A stretch of 40,513 nt of DNA from Vezdaea acicularis (taxonomy: Eukaryota). Both the position numbers and the translations under genes were made by a program. Location of the stretch: NCBI GenBank assembly GCA_026025075.1, contig JAPEUI010000134.1, positions 1-40,513 of the forward strand, given 5' to 3'. The notes beneath the pieces were generated by a model. It ran no database searches. It was not told the DNA's origin and saw only the letters and a list, made by a program, of their open reading frames with translations. Shown piece by piece: positions 1 to 12,352 of the stretch; the stretch's first letter is position 1; each line of letters begins with the position of its first letter.

Positions 1-677
1 GTATGGACGTACGTGCTTGCGACGTGTGATTAGGGCAAGGAGATGGCATAGCATCGGCCTAAAGGAGTTATGTATCACATCAAGCAGCAATAAGGTAGAT
101 CATACCTGATGCTTATCATATCCAGCATATTAAAAAAAACTCCATAAAGACCTGTGAACAGAGCAGGATGCTTCACGAAGTCATGCACCAAGACCAGCCA
201 TCTCGTCAATGGAAATTGCACAGGGAGCGTCGCTTTCCCATTGCCCTGGCCTAGCGCACCAACAACTGTGTAAACAATGTCATCGGGGACCGCGCTCGAC
301 GGGTAAAAGTGATCTAGGAGTCTTTTCCCATTAGCGTGGTCTAAGTTGCCTGGCTTGATGATGATCTTGAGAAGCGCCCGGAGGCTCTTATGTGAGAGCC
401 CCTCATTGTAAGCGACCTTGCAGATGATATCAATAGGCCTCTGGATGTAGGTCTTTTTTGGCTTGGCAGTAAGCACGATAGCTGAAAGATAACGATCGAA
501 TCAGCATAAAACTCCTGGCTTTCCCTTTTGGATGTCGGACCAGACTGCAGATCTCTCAGCGCATCGCTCAATTCTGGCGATTCCACATCGTGTTGGGCTT
601 AAAGCGGGGTAAACCATTAGCAATCGTCGAATCAGTTGGTCTTGCGATTACATACAAGGGTCTATCGCGGAAGGCAT
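1..677 (-). CDS. mis6: Kinetochore protein CENP-I / Mis6 (Ctf3) family, 5' part; gene runs off the left edge
   Basis: Spliced by eye: ATG 677, exon 677-656 (MPSAIDP), intron 655-598 (GTATGT..GCTAAT..TAAG), exon 597-541, intron 540-482, exon 481-106, intron 105-59, last visible exon 58-1. The product includes ...VVGALGQG...RWLVLV...YGVFFNMLDMISIRPMLCHLLALITRRKHVRPY, which resembles fungal Mis6 domains. Confidence 0.85.
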
Positions 678-772
678 ACCAAAGAAATGGAATATTAGAA
701 ACTTGAGACCGAATTGAAGTCGCGCAAAACTCGCAAGGGGGTCGTTTTCGTCGCAATGGTGAGAGAACTTGG

Positions 773-805
773 GAGACGCGACTTTCGCTACATCGGTCGC
801 GTCTC
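773..805. promoter_or_regulatory. Inverted pair of MCB-like (ACGCG) elements upstream of mis6
   Basis: GAGACGCGAC at 773-782 and its exact reverse complement GTCGCGTCTC at 796-805, about 100-130 bp upstream of the mis6 ATG. Confidence 0.5.
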
Positions 806-1480
806 AGGAGCTTCACAACAATGACTTATGACACAGTCTAGCATGATCTTGCAACAGATCTAGTCACTTCCTAAAAAATCCTTGACAGTAATATAAAATC
901 TTGCAATTATTCCGTTCCTACATCAAAATGATTGACAATCCTTCGGAACTTTTTAAGCTGCTTAGGCATCACCCGCACATTAGCGGCAAATCTGCCCTGC
1001 ATCGTATGATTACCGTTAACATCAACACTGCTAACGTCACCTCACTTGATATTTGCATACCGAGCGCAACACCCAATTACAGTATGCCTAAGCCGTCTGA
1101 TGAAATCATATGGTGTAATATTGGGAAACAGACCAATCCTGGGGGCTACTCAGCACTCGGGCCGGCTATGGAGCCGTCCCGCTTCTTGGCTTCGTCCTTC
1201 GGGTGGTAGACCGACTGTTTCACCAGGATTTTGCACCAAGATCCCCGGATGAGTTAAGCTGCAAGGATTGTATCCTGAAGTGGTGGAAATGCCATCCCGC
1301 TCCTCATGCGCTGGTCGCGGGAGCACGCATGCGCGCTCTTCTCAATGGGCGGTCTAATGGCCTAAAGGCCTAAAGGCCGCAACGAGATATATCGCGCTTC
1401 TTTACTTTAGAGGTGCCGGCGGCCCACATCCTCTGTACCTCATATCAAGCTCCTTTTCACTCTTCCCAGGTATTCTCAGA

Positions 1481-2782
1481 ATGCAGATCTTCGTATTTGC
1501 TCTCGCAGCGCTCCTCTGCCCGTTCGGAGTGACTGCAAACAATTGCACCCACGCCGACCCCAGCAGCGGCACCCGCAGCAATGATCAGACCTGCATCCCT
1601 AACAGCAATGTCAGCAACCCTGAAGCGCTCCATAAACGCCAATTTTACTACATTGGAGGACAATATGCTTCCGCCAGTCCTGGCGGTGTCCCTGGAACCT
1701 ACTGGCAAGATGCCATGTATGTAGAACAGCTAACACCGCAGCACCCCACACAACCATTCCCATTGGTGATGATACACGGCGGCGGGCCTTCAGGTACTGT
1801 AAGTACTCTTCTTTTCTCCCAAGCCAAGGCGTGAAGCGCGAGCTGACCGACTCGACAGACCTGGCTACAAACCCCAGATGGTCGTAAAGGATGGGCGTCC
1901 TACTTCCTCGAAAGAGGCTACACTGTCTACCTCGTTGATCTTCCCTATACCGGGCGCTCTGGCGAGCCCGTCGACCTAACCTACTCGCCACCCATCACTG
2001 TCTCTGGCGCGCAATCCTTTTTCACGGCCGGCAAAACATTCGGCGTGAACTTTTGGCCCCAAGCAGTGAACCACACGCAATTCCCAGGCGCGAGAGGAGT
2101 CCAAGGCGAAGCCGCCTTCGACGCCTTCTACAAATCCATCCTGAACATCCCCAAAGCCAGCAGCGACAGCTTCACACTCTACCAAAAACGAACACGCTCC
2201 TCAGGCGCCGCTCTCCTTAACCAAATCGGACCCGCCTTCCTATTCGCACATTCCCTAGGCGGCTGGGCGAACTGGCTTATCGCAGATGCCGCCCCAGCCC
2301 AAACCCTCGGCATCGTTGGTCTCGAGCCCGCCTCCCCTCCCGGCCTTGCTCCCGGCAGCGGCGCCGCCCCGCTCTACACATGGGGTCTAACAAACGCAGA
2401 ACTCACCTACTCCCCTGCCGTAAACGGGCTTGGCGACCTCCAAACCGAAGTCGTCGGCGGCCCCTCGACGCCCGCGCAGAGCAACTGCACACAGCAGAAG
2501 AGCCCCGCGAAGCAGCTCGTCAACCTAGCCACCATCCCACAGCTCTTCCTGACGAGCGAGGCCGGCATCCATGCGACCTACGACCAGTGCACTGTCGGCT
2601 GGCTACGCCAGGCTGGCGTCAATCTCAACTGGACGAAGTTGGAAGATGTGGATATTCATGGAAACTCGCATTTCATGCATCTGGAGCTGAATAATCTGGA
2701 TATTGCTGCGTATGCCGAGGATTGGGTGCTGAATATCGCGAGAAGTAAGCTGGCTACGGATGGACCTTATAGATGGAGATGA
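1481..2782 (+). CDS. Secreted alpha/beta-hydrolase (esterase/lipase-like), 2 exons
   Basis: Signal-peptide-like MQIFVFALAALLCPFGVTA. One intron 1799-1858 (GTAAGT..CTGAC..CAG) joins MIHGGGPSGT to TWLQTPDGRKGWASYFLERGYTVYLVDLPYTGRS. Nucleophile elbow AHSLGG, LEP acid motif, and GNSHFMHLE as the likely catalytic His region. Confidence 0.85.
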
Positions 2783-3486
2783 ATGCTGACAACTAGATAA
2801 GGTCATCAAGGGTAGCGTTGGATGTGGCGGTATCATGGGGAATCTAGGTTTCTGGAGTGTGAGAAGATTTGTAGTGGAGTTTCGCATGTTCTGATAGCTA
2901 AGGGGCATTCTTGAGATTTTCGGCCCAAAGAGGCTGTATAGTAGGTGGCAAATAGCGGGAGGCTAGGTCGAAAGCGCAGTGAAAGATTTCAGTAGCTTTG
3001 CAGCTACTCTCATTTGTCAAAAGTTCAGATCCCAGCCGCTTTGAGTGGGAGAAAGCTTTAATGCTATTCGGTCGAAAATTGGAGGTACACGCTTAGAGCA
3101 GTCTTGCAGCAGTATTCTAACGGGGAAGTAGCCCGGGGAAAGATAGGAAACTAGAGAGTATATCAAGAACCATACACTTTCTACCTGATGATTTGACAGC
3201 CATCAAAAGGCCTAGCAATCGTTATTGGTTTCTCGCCATCAGGAATTTTGGCCACCCTCCAAAAGTCATTCACACCCCCACCACTTGACATCAGCTTGCG
3301 CGACAGATTGCCTCATGTGAAACGAAGCTTTAAACTTTTCGTAGCATCAGCAAAGGAAGGTAGGAGATGAGGACGCTTCGCTTGCAGGCCAGCCTTGGAA
3401 TGTTGTCATGAGGCAATTGAGGGCGCCTAGAACCCAGCTGCTTCAATCAGCATCCGCAAGTAATACTTTGAGGAGGACACACAACC

Positions 3487-5026
<1,540 letters not shown>

Positions 5027-5874
5027 GGCTACTGATTAGACCGTAGTAGATGGTGAAAGAGATCTAAAAGTGAGGTCGACTAAGCTTAAAATAGTTCACT
5101 ATTATATGCTTGCTATAGTTCCGAGGGAGAATCTCGGACAAGATAGTCAAGGAAATGAAGAGCAGGTTTGGTGGTGCTGTTGGTGAAGCAGGTCGGCTGA
5201 GATGGCTGAAGGGTAAGGTGAGACGACAAGATTCTTGTGGGCGCCCGCGGGATGCGAGACTGCTAATTTGGTCACAGTGCAGCTTGCCTTTTCGGGAGGG
5301 TTTTGCCAACACTTTTCACGTAACCAAGGTGGACACTTTCGAGATGCTGCACGAGAGCCTTGTCTTCAAATCGCAAGCATAATTCATATATCTTACTGCT
5401 GCCTTACGAGGATCACGTTAATCTGGATATCTGCATTCGTTGCGTGCTCAGTACGCGCGGCCCATGAGGGTTTTCCCGCCCCTTTGGCGGCTGTATGACG
5501 CCAAGACGCAGGCAACAGCGCTTTGAACCACTATCTGCTTGTTCGGCGGAGGTTAGTTGAAGCAACCCCCCTGAAATGTTTCATATCAACCATGAAAGAT
5601 CGATATTGGTTGTCAAATTATGCTATGTAAAGCCTTCCCAAGGCTTACGTAAGGCGGGGAACAATCTGTCCGTGGTTGAGTATGGCGGGGTAGCTCCTGT
5701 AAGGAGAAAAGGCAAACTCACAACGCCCTTGCTATTGTATTTGGACGTTCGATGGGGGAATATGTATCAAACAACCGTTCTATATCCATTCAGAGCTCCC
5801 TTGCGCAGATCGTGATTTGTTGATTGCTCATTTCAGGGGCACAGGCCAACTATGACGCATTGGGGGTTGGAGGC

Positions 5875-5902
5875 TTCGCGAAGCATCACGAAGCATCGCG
5901 AA
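5875..5902. promoter_or_regulatory. Heat-shock element (nGAAn array) upstream of fes1
   Basis: TTCgcGAAgcATCacGAAgcATCgcGAA: six alternating units in 5-bp register (four perfect, two ATC for TTC), about 115-140 bp before the fes1 ATG. Confidence 0.65.
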
Positions 5903-6015
5903 AAACTTCTAATCTTGGACGCACGTATATCAAGTCAACAAATGAGATACAACCCCCATCCTTTGACTTACCACCACAAGTTCATGCCTTGCAGTCTGAA
6001 AAATCTGCATCCAGG

Positions 6016-6681
6016 ATGGATGCAGGTCTAAACCAGCTCCTCAAGTGGGGTGTCGAGAACTCCTCCACGGCCCAAACTTCCTCAGACACTCCTTCCGACC
6101 CAAATGCCCCTCAAGACGCTCCTCCCCAACATTCAGCACGCGACCTCAATCCCGACGCCCTCGCCGCCCTCCTCGGTGGCCCCTCTGATGCCGAGTTGTT
6201 GGTTGAATCAATGACCGCCATCCAAACGTCTTCAGTCTCCCTTGCTGACAAGCTAGTGGCCTTCGATAATTTCGAGCAACTCGTTGAATCTATCGACAAT
6301 GCCAACAACCTGGGTCCACTCAACTTATGGACTCCCCTCATTGCGCAACTATCTGCTACAGAGCATGAGCTACGCATGATGGCCGCCTGGTGCGTAGGGA
6401 CGAGCGTACAGAATAATATTAAAGCGCAGGAACGGCTGGTGGCGGTGAATGGGATAGCGCCGCTGGTGAAGCTAGTGCTAGAGGACAAGGAGCAGAGTGT
6501 GAGAAGAAAGGCCGTATATGCGTTGAGTAGCGCGGTCAGGAATTATCAGCCTGCGCTGGATGAGCTGATAGGGTTGTTGCCCGAAAGCGCGTTAGGGGAC
6601 AAGAAGGGCGAGAAGGTCGAGGCGGGGGACATGGAGAGTATTAATTCCATCATGTCGAAGCTGAGGGAGGGAAAGGCATGA
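6016..6681 (+). CDS. fes1: Hsp70 nucleotide exchange factor Fes1 (armadillo repeats)
   Basis: ATG 6016 MDAGLNQLLKWGVENS; motifs GGPSDAELL, AFDNFEQLVESIDNANNL, AAWCVGTSVQNN and RRKAVYALSSAVRNYQP. Intronless. The ORF track's start at 5824 is a TTG. Confidence 0.95.
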   Translation: MDAGLNQLLKWGVENSSTAQTSSDTPSDPNAPQDAPPQHSARDLNPDALAALLGGPSDAELLVESMTAIQTSSVSLADKLVAFDNFEQLVESIDNANNLGPLNLWTPLIAQLSATEHELRMMAAWCVGTSVQNNIKAQERLVAVNGIAPLVKLVLEDKEQSVRRKAVYALSSAVRNYQPALDELIGLLPESALGDKKGEKVEAGDMESINSIMSKLREGKA

Positions 6682-7020
6682 CTCGGGCGCTGGAAGGGAA
6701 GGGCGTTGGGCTTAGAAGGAGAGGTCTGCTTCAGATAGCTGGGTATCACATCATGTTCAAAGAGTCGCCTTTCCTATTTGAAGAGCAGGCTCATGGCTTC
6801 ATGTTCGAGGTGCACAAGCTCAACTCTGTGTTATAAGATGCGCAAGATATCTTGGTGCTGTAATTTCTATGTGAAGAATGATTCTATATGACAGTAAGTA
6901 CGCCTTTTCCGCCCATAATCATTATCATTAAGCATAGCCCGCACCAGCGCCAATGCCGCCCAAGTATCAAACGCCATCCCGTATCTTTTCCGCTCGATAT
7001 TGATAAAATCATTCCAAAAT

Positions 7021-10000
7021 TTATTGTCCCGTACCTCCGGATCTGGCATCATCTGTGCGGAAGTCTGCACGAGATTCTGCTCGAGACTCTGCACGTGAGT
7101 CAGCACGAGAGCCAGGTCTCAGCCCGTCACTTTTCCTGAAGAGCCTCCTACTCCCTCCCACCTTCCCCAAGTCACCAAAATCCCACTCCGCTTTCTTCTC
7201 GGCGCTCGCTTTTCTCACTTGGCCAATCATGCCTTCGACCCACGCCTGCTTCTCAGCCGAGATGTCTGACTTCCGGCTCCTTGGCCCGGCGAGTCCAAGG
7301 GTGAACTCCTCGTCTTGTGTGCCGTTTGAAGATCTGCGGGACGAGGGCCGGAGGCCAGAAGTGTTCGCGGATGCGCTAGGAGGAGTTGATACCGGTGGTG
7401 TCATCTCCAGGCGCCTCGATCTACTCCCGACATTGGGCGAAGGCAGAGCAGGAGAGGCCTCGTGCGGACGCATGCGACCTACGCTGAGAGATGAAGAAGG
7501 ACGACTTAGCGCGGATCCGGGGCGACTACCGTTCGTAGGGGTAGCTCGTCCTGTCTGCGTGTTCAAGGAGGCCAAAGACGGTCTTGTCTTCAGTCTGGGA
7601 GGCTCCTGAATCTCGACGCGTCCGTCAGAGGTCGAGCGTCGGCCATGGTGCGCTGCGTACTCTCGAAGATATTCACCAAGGTCGGCCCATCCGCCACCAA
7701 CACGGACCATGACACGCTCACTTTCACCGACTAGGCGCACGAAGAGTTTGATAGGAGCTTCATCAGATGACCGATGCAGGTGGTAGAGCTTGATATCTGG
7801 ATTGTTGCTCTGATGTCGCGCTCGTGGCATTTTTGCCGTTGCACGAGCAAGGGTAAAAGAGGGGCTAGCAGTCGAGGATCGGGAAGCCTGCAAAGGACGG
7901 CGAGGTTGGTCTGGACCCTTACGAGAGTCACGAGCAGACGGAGATTTACTCTCTTTTTCGGTAGTCAACCGGATTCGTGCTGGAATTGTAGTGAGAATGG
8001 AACTAATTTTCTCTTCTAGATGGTCCTCAATCGTCTTCCTGGGGCTCGAGATGTTAGACAGAGGATACTCGTCCTCAGTCTCTATGTTTGCCGCAGTAGC
8101 TTTGTTCTGCTGTTTCTCTGGACTTAGGGATAGCTTGTCTATGTCTACGGGGTTCCACTGCTGTCGACCGGTAGACCTTTCCGGCACTGGCGGAGAGCCA
8201 ATCGAGACCACAGGTATATCACAGGTTTCGAGACGTCTTTCATATTGCCGAACAGAGGGAGATTGCTCCTCCGTGGTTGTTTCGACTTCGTTTACAGACA
8301 CTGGGGACACAGCGACCCCGTTTGAATTTGGCCAAGGGCTCAGAGGCGCTGAAGTTGGAGTATGCATCCCTAGGCCAAAGGGCTGTGATGAAGATGACGT
8401 AGGTGACACAGGAGATATACTACCGGCCCGTTTAATCTCAATTTGGCGGATCTATAACTTAATCAGCGCTGCGTCAGGGATAGAACACAAGTCACAAACC
8501 TCGGCCCTCTGAGGGGGCATAGTATACGCCCGAGATGACCTAGTGAGCCTGGGTAAAGGCTGATTGTTGGCACCCTTGGAGTGTTCGCTGTAAACCTCAT
8601 CTTCTTGAAGCTCCGGAATAGTGAGATCAACCAATAGACTCGTTGATCTACTGCGAGAATAGAAGGGCTGGACTGGGGAGTGAAAAGGCTCGCTTTCGTT
8701 CTCATTATCCTCCGGATACCGTTCAGTCCTTTGACTTGAATTTCGTGAAAGAGTGCTAGCCTGCTCCGTAGAATCCGTGTGCGTTGAAGTAAGCGGAGAT
8801 GTCACTATCACAGGCTTGAAGTATTCTGTAGCGGAAGCATCCTCTATATCAGGGCTTGGCAGATTCGAGAAATATCCCGAGATCGAGGATGCAGGAGTGG
8901 ACATCTCAGACTTCTCCTTATGCGTCTCCGCGAGGCTATCATAGTCCGATTTGAGTAAATGGTTGTTAGATAGGTCAATGCTACCTGTCAATGGTTTAGT
9001 TTTTGGCTTACTAGTGGTGCTGTGATTGCTTGAATCTATGTTGCGCTCGATATCAGTTGGGGCAATGGCGTTCTTTTCAGCCTCTTGATTAGGCATGAGG
9101 GTCTCGTCAGCGATATGTTTCTCAGGGGATAATTCTTCGTCTTCCTGGTGCGCATTGCTCGATTTTTGCGTTTCTTCAACTGGAGATGCGGCCGAACCCC
9201 GTCGATTTGAGCGAGGAGGAATTTCTTCTGGAATAGGAGAATCAATGACAACCGGGAGTATTTTGTTTCCGTTCTCCAATTGTGATCGTCTCGCCACGCC
9301 CGTCTCGCCTTGCGAATATTTTATCAAATCTTCTGATTCGTGCAAAGGGAAAGCAGTTTGAAGCCGATTCGAAGGTTCATCGATTATCATGGGAGCCACC
9401 ATGGCCGAATTGGGGATGTGGCCGCTCTGTTCCAGCACCTGGCTGACAGGTAGTTGGCTAGAGACGGCATTGCCAAAGTCCCCCGCACCTTTTTCAACAA
9501 CATGATCTGTAAGGTTATCGTATGTCTTTGGGAGGACGACTAGCTCTTTAGGTGCAGAGTCTCTTGATTCAAACGCGCTCTCGGGAGGGAGAGCGATAGC
9601 GTAAGGCGAGTCTAGAGGCGTCGTAGCTGATAGAAAGGGAGACTCAACGACGCTAGAAGTTATCTCATCCTCAAATTGCTCATAGGAATTGTTGCTAAGA
9701 GCTGTTTCCACGGCAAATCTTTCAACCGGACTTCGGGCGTCTGGATTGGAAAAGGGCTCCGAGGAGATATTCGAAGGTCCATCAAAGCTAGCTCCTGCAA
9801 GCGACAGCTGCTCCTGGGATGAAGTTCCAAGCTTGGGAACATGGTACATATTCTCTAATGTTTGGCTTGTACGACCCTTCTCCTGGCGTCTCCATTGGTT
9901 TTCTAGCACTTTCTTTTCCGCTTCGACAACCCAGTCGCTGTATGTAGCCTCCATCAATTCTAGTTCTTCAATCCAATGGCTGGGGACCGTTTCATCTCTT

Positions 10001-11170
10001 CCCTCAAGTGCATCAAGTATGCTATCAAGTTGCTGACCAGAACTTGTAACCTTTCCTTCTAATACTTCTCGAATTGTCTGGAAATCCTGCGAGGTGAGGT
10101 CATCCCCTGGAGCCTTTCTCTCCGTAAATGAGCCAAAAGAAGAGCCAGGCTGGGTATCGATAGAGCTGTCATGCTCAGAGGGGCGTTCACTGTATTTGGG
10201 TCCTGCCTGCGATTGGACACCAATGGCATCCCAGCCCAGTTTCTGGGCATGTTTTGCATCCTCTAGGTCGGCAAGGAATTTAGGGGCCTGGCGTAACACC
10301 GAAAGCCGCACTGCCCAGGTATTGAGCATTCGAGACAACTTAGAAAGTTCTGGGAGAGCCTGCAGCACGACCGCAGTAGTCACTGTAGCGCAATCATCTA
10401 GCCGGTTGTGTAGTGACGAAAATACAGAGACGTCGCGTTCGTAAGAGGATGAAGGGCGTGATCTGGATGTTACATGTACATCTACACCGCGCCAATTAGT
10501 CAAAATCGCATGCTTCATTAGAGTAGTGACCCGAACCAAGTACATGCTCTTTCAAGTCATCCAGCTCAAGGCCCTCTAGCTCTGCTTCTATTTGTCGAAC
10601 TCTTTCTTCGCAGCGAATGGCTTCTTTTACCGGCAGACAGCCCCAAAACTCTAAATCGTCTTCTGTATCTCTGATTTGAGACGCGCTGCGAGCCTTGGGG
10701 TGACCTAAGATGTCTGACGCATTGGCACTTCCGTAAGCGTCATGTTCGTGTCGATGCAGCTTCCTCCTTTTAGCTTTCCTCTCTTCAAGAGAGGGCACCT
10801 CGAATCCCTTTGACGTATCCGATGGGCTCTCACCAGAAGGCCATTCCCAGCCAGCTACCTCTTCATACCATTCTCGAAGTTTGTTGGACGCTACCGCTGC
10901 CTTTATACAGAATACCTTTTCCGTTGACGATGCCTTTACAATGCTCGCCTCTAGGGAATTCAAAGGCCTGTGTTCATTACTTTGGAATACTGCTGTCGAG
11001 GATAGCGCCTGGAGGATAGTTGCTGGTGTGAGGTCAGACAGAAGACTGTCTCTACTTTGTAATTCTGAGAGTCTTGTCGGCGATCTTGACGGTGCTCTGG
11101 AATGATAAATTCTATTCCCAAGTCCGAATTGCGATGCTGAAGTAGTGACCAATGAGGCATCGTTGGCCAT
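7021..11170 (-). CDS. Large GAS2/GAR-domain protein (putative microtubule-binding cytoskeletal linker), 3 exons
   Basis: Three ORFs are joined by introns at about 10537-10483 (GTTCGG..ACTAAT..TAG) and 8499-8452 (GTTTGT..GCTGAT..TAG). The C-terminal IKLYHLHR..PIKLFVRLVGESERVMVRVGGGWADLGEYLREY matches the GAR-domain hallmark VMVRVGGGW. First in-frame ATG is at 11170. Confidence 0.8.
7060..7112 (-). repeat. Degenerate 12-nt coding repeat (SRAD/SRAE x4)
   Basis: Encodes SRADSRAESRAESRAD in the tail of the GAR protein; + strand units resemble tctgcacgaga. Confidence 0.7.
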
Positions 11171-12352
11171 GTTTCCTGTGCTTAGCAATCGTTGAATAAC
11201 ATGTTCATCCAGGATGTAATTGCACCGAGCTGCGAAGAACTTGTGTGTGGTCGCGGACAACTGGGGGACTTTCTCAGCACGTCCAATTCGTCCACCAATT
11301 CTGTCGCATTGGCGCGGCGATGGATGCAAGAGAATTGAAGTATTCTCTGCCAGCGATCGTGAGACGGTTTTGAGGTTGGGGTTTTGAGATCTTCGCAAGA
11401 TGTCGTCGAGCTAATCCACTTCATTGGCTACCGGCCAAAGTGCGGCTGCTCAATCAGGGGCTCGGAAGGCGCGACAAACGGCTTTCCGGCGCTTCCTTCA
11501 TGAGAGTACGATGGCAGCGTTCGTCGCAGGCTGATGCATTTTGACCTAGGAAGAAGAAGCTGCAGATCAAAGAGCGGGGCGGCAGAGTCAGTATCTGGGA
11601 TGGCGGAATATGTGGGAGTGCTTTGCAGTGGTGCTGCATGCGAGGTGACAACGTAGCTTGCCCGAAGTGGCTGGAGGGACACAGGAAGCCCGCAGTGCAG
11701 CACGCTACGATTTTCTGAACAGATAGTGACGGATCAGTGGCTGCGCTTGCTTTCAACCACTATTATGCTAGGTAAATGCGCTCGACGTTCCTTCTCGCCA
11801 GAATGTTGGACTTTGGTACAAGCACAGGGGAAAGAAGACCCTGGTTATGCAACTTGAAATCCCCGGTGCCCCGTGCAGGAACACCCGAACAGCTGTTTTC
11901 GGTTAGGACGAAGCCGCTCATAGGCTACTCTTGGGCTGCCCTAAGCCTACGTCACGTGAATCATGGTAGGCAGGGTTGGGAGAGGCACTCGGGCGAGAGT
12001 CCCAGTGTTCAATTGCATAGAAATCTACTGAATACCTTACTGATAATTCAAATTTTTACGATTCTTCTACTCTGCATGATGTCTGCGTCTCTAATCTAAA
12101 AAATTTACTCGGTACACGCTCACATAAGCACATCTTATGACATTAAATTTCATGTCGACCTCTGAGAGCTGAAAGCGCGCCCATATCAGCCATCAAAAAT
12201 CTTAAAAATAATTTAAACACTCCACCATCAGTCAGAAGAGGTAGGTTCTTTTGATGAACGACTCAAAATACAACCGCCACCCATCCTTGCTATGCCAAAA
12301 TACCCTAGCAGTGATGCATGACAACCTAGTGCGCCGTGGTGGACATCTAAAC

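Noticed and set aside
901..1252. ORFs 901-1209 and 1046-1252 as genes
   Set aside because: Non-ATG starts, no recognisable motifs or codon bias; they lie in the mis6/hydrolase promoter region.
1295..1380. Short GC-rich hairpins and the ggcctaaa duplication as an ncRNA or tRNA
   Set aside because: No cloverleaf, A/B box or snoRNA boxes; the stems are short enough to be chance.
5824..6015. N-terminal extension of Fes1 given by the ORF track
   Set aside because: Starts at TTG and overlaps the HSE-containing promoter; family similarity starts at ATG 6016.
6679..6745. Stop-codon readthrough to a peroxisomal signal at fes1 (TGA CTC) or pho13 (TGA TTA)
   Set aside because: The contexts are not the TGA CTA motif; the fes1 extension ends ..VCFR with no PTS1, and the pho13 extension shows none in the part I translated.
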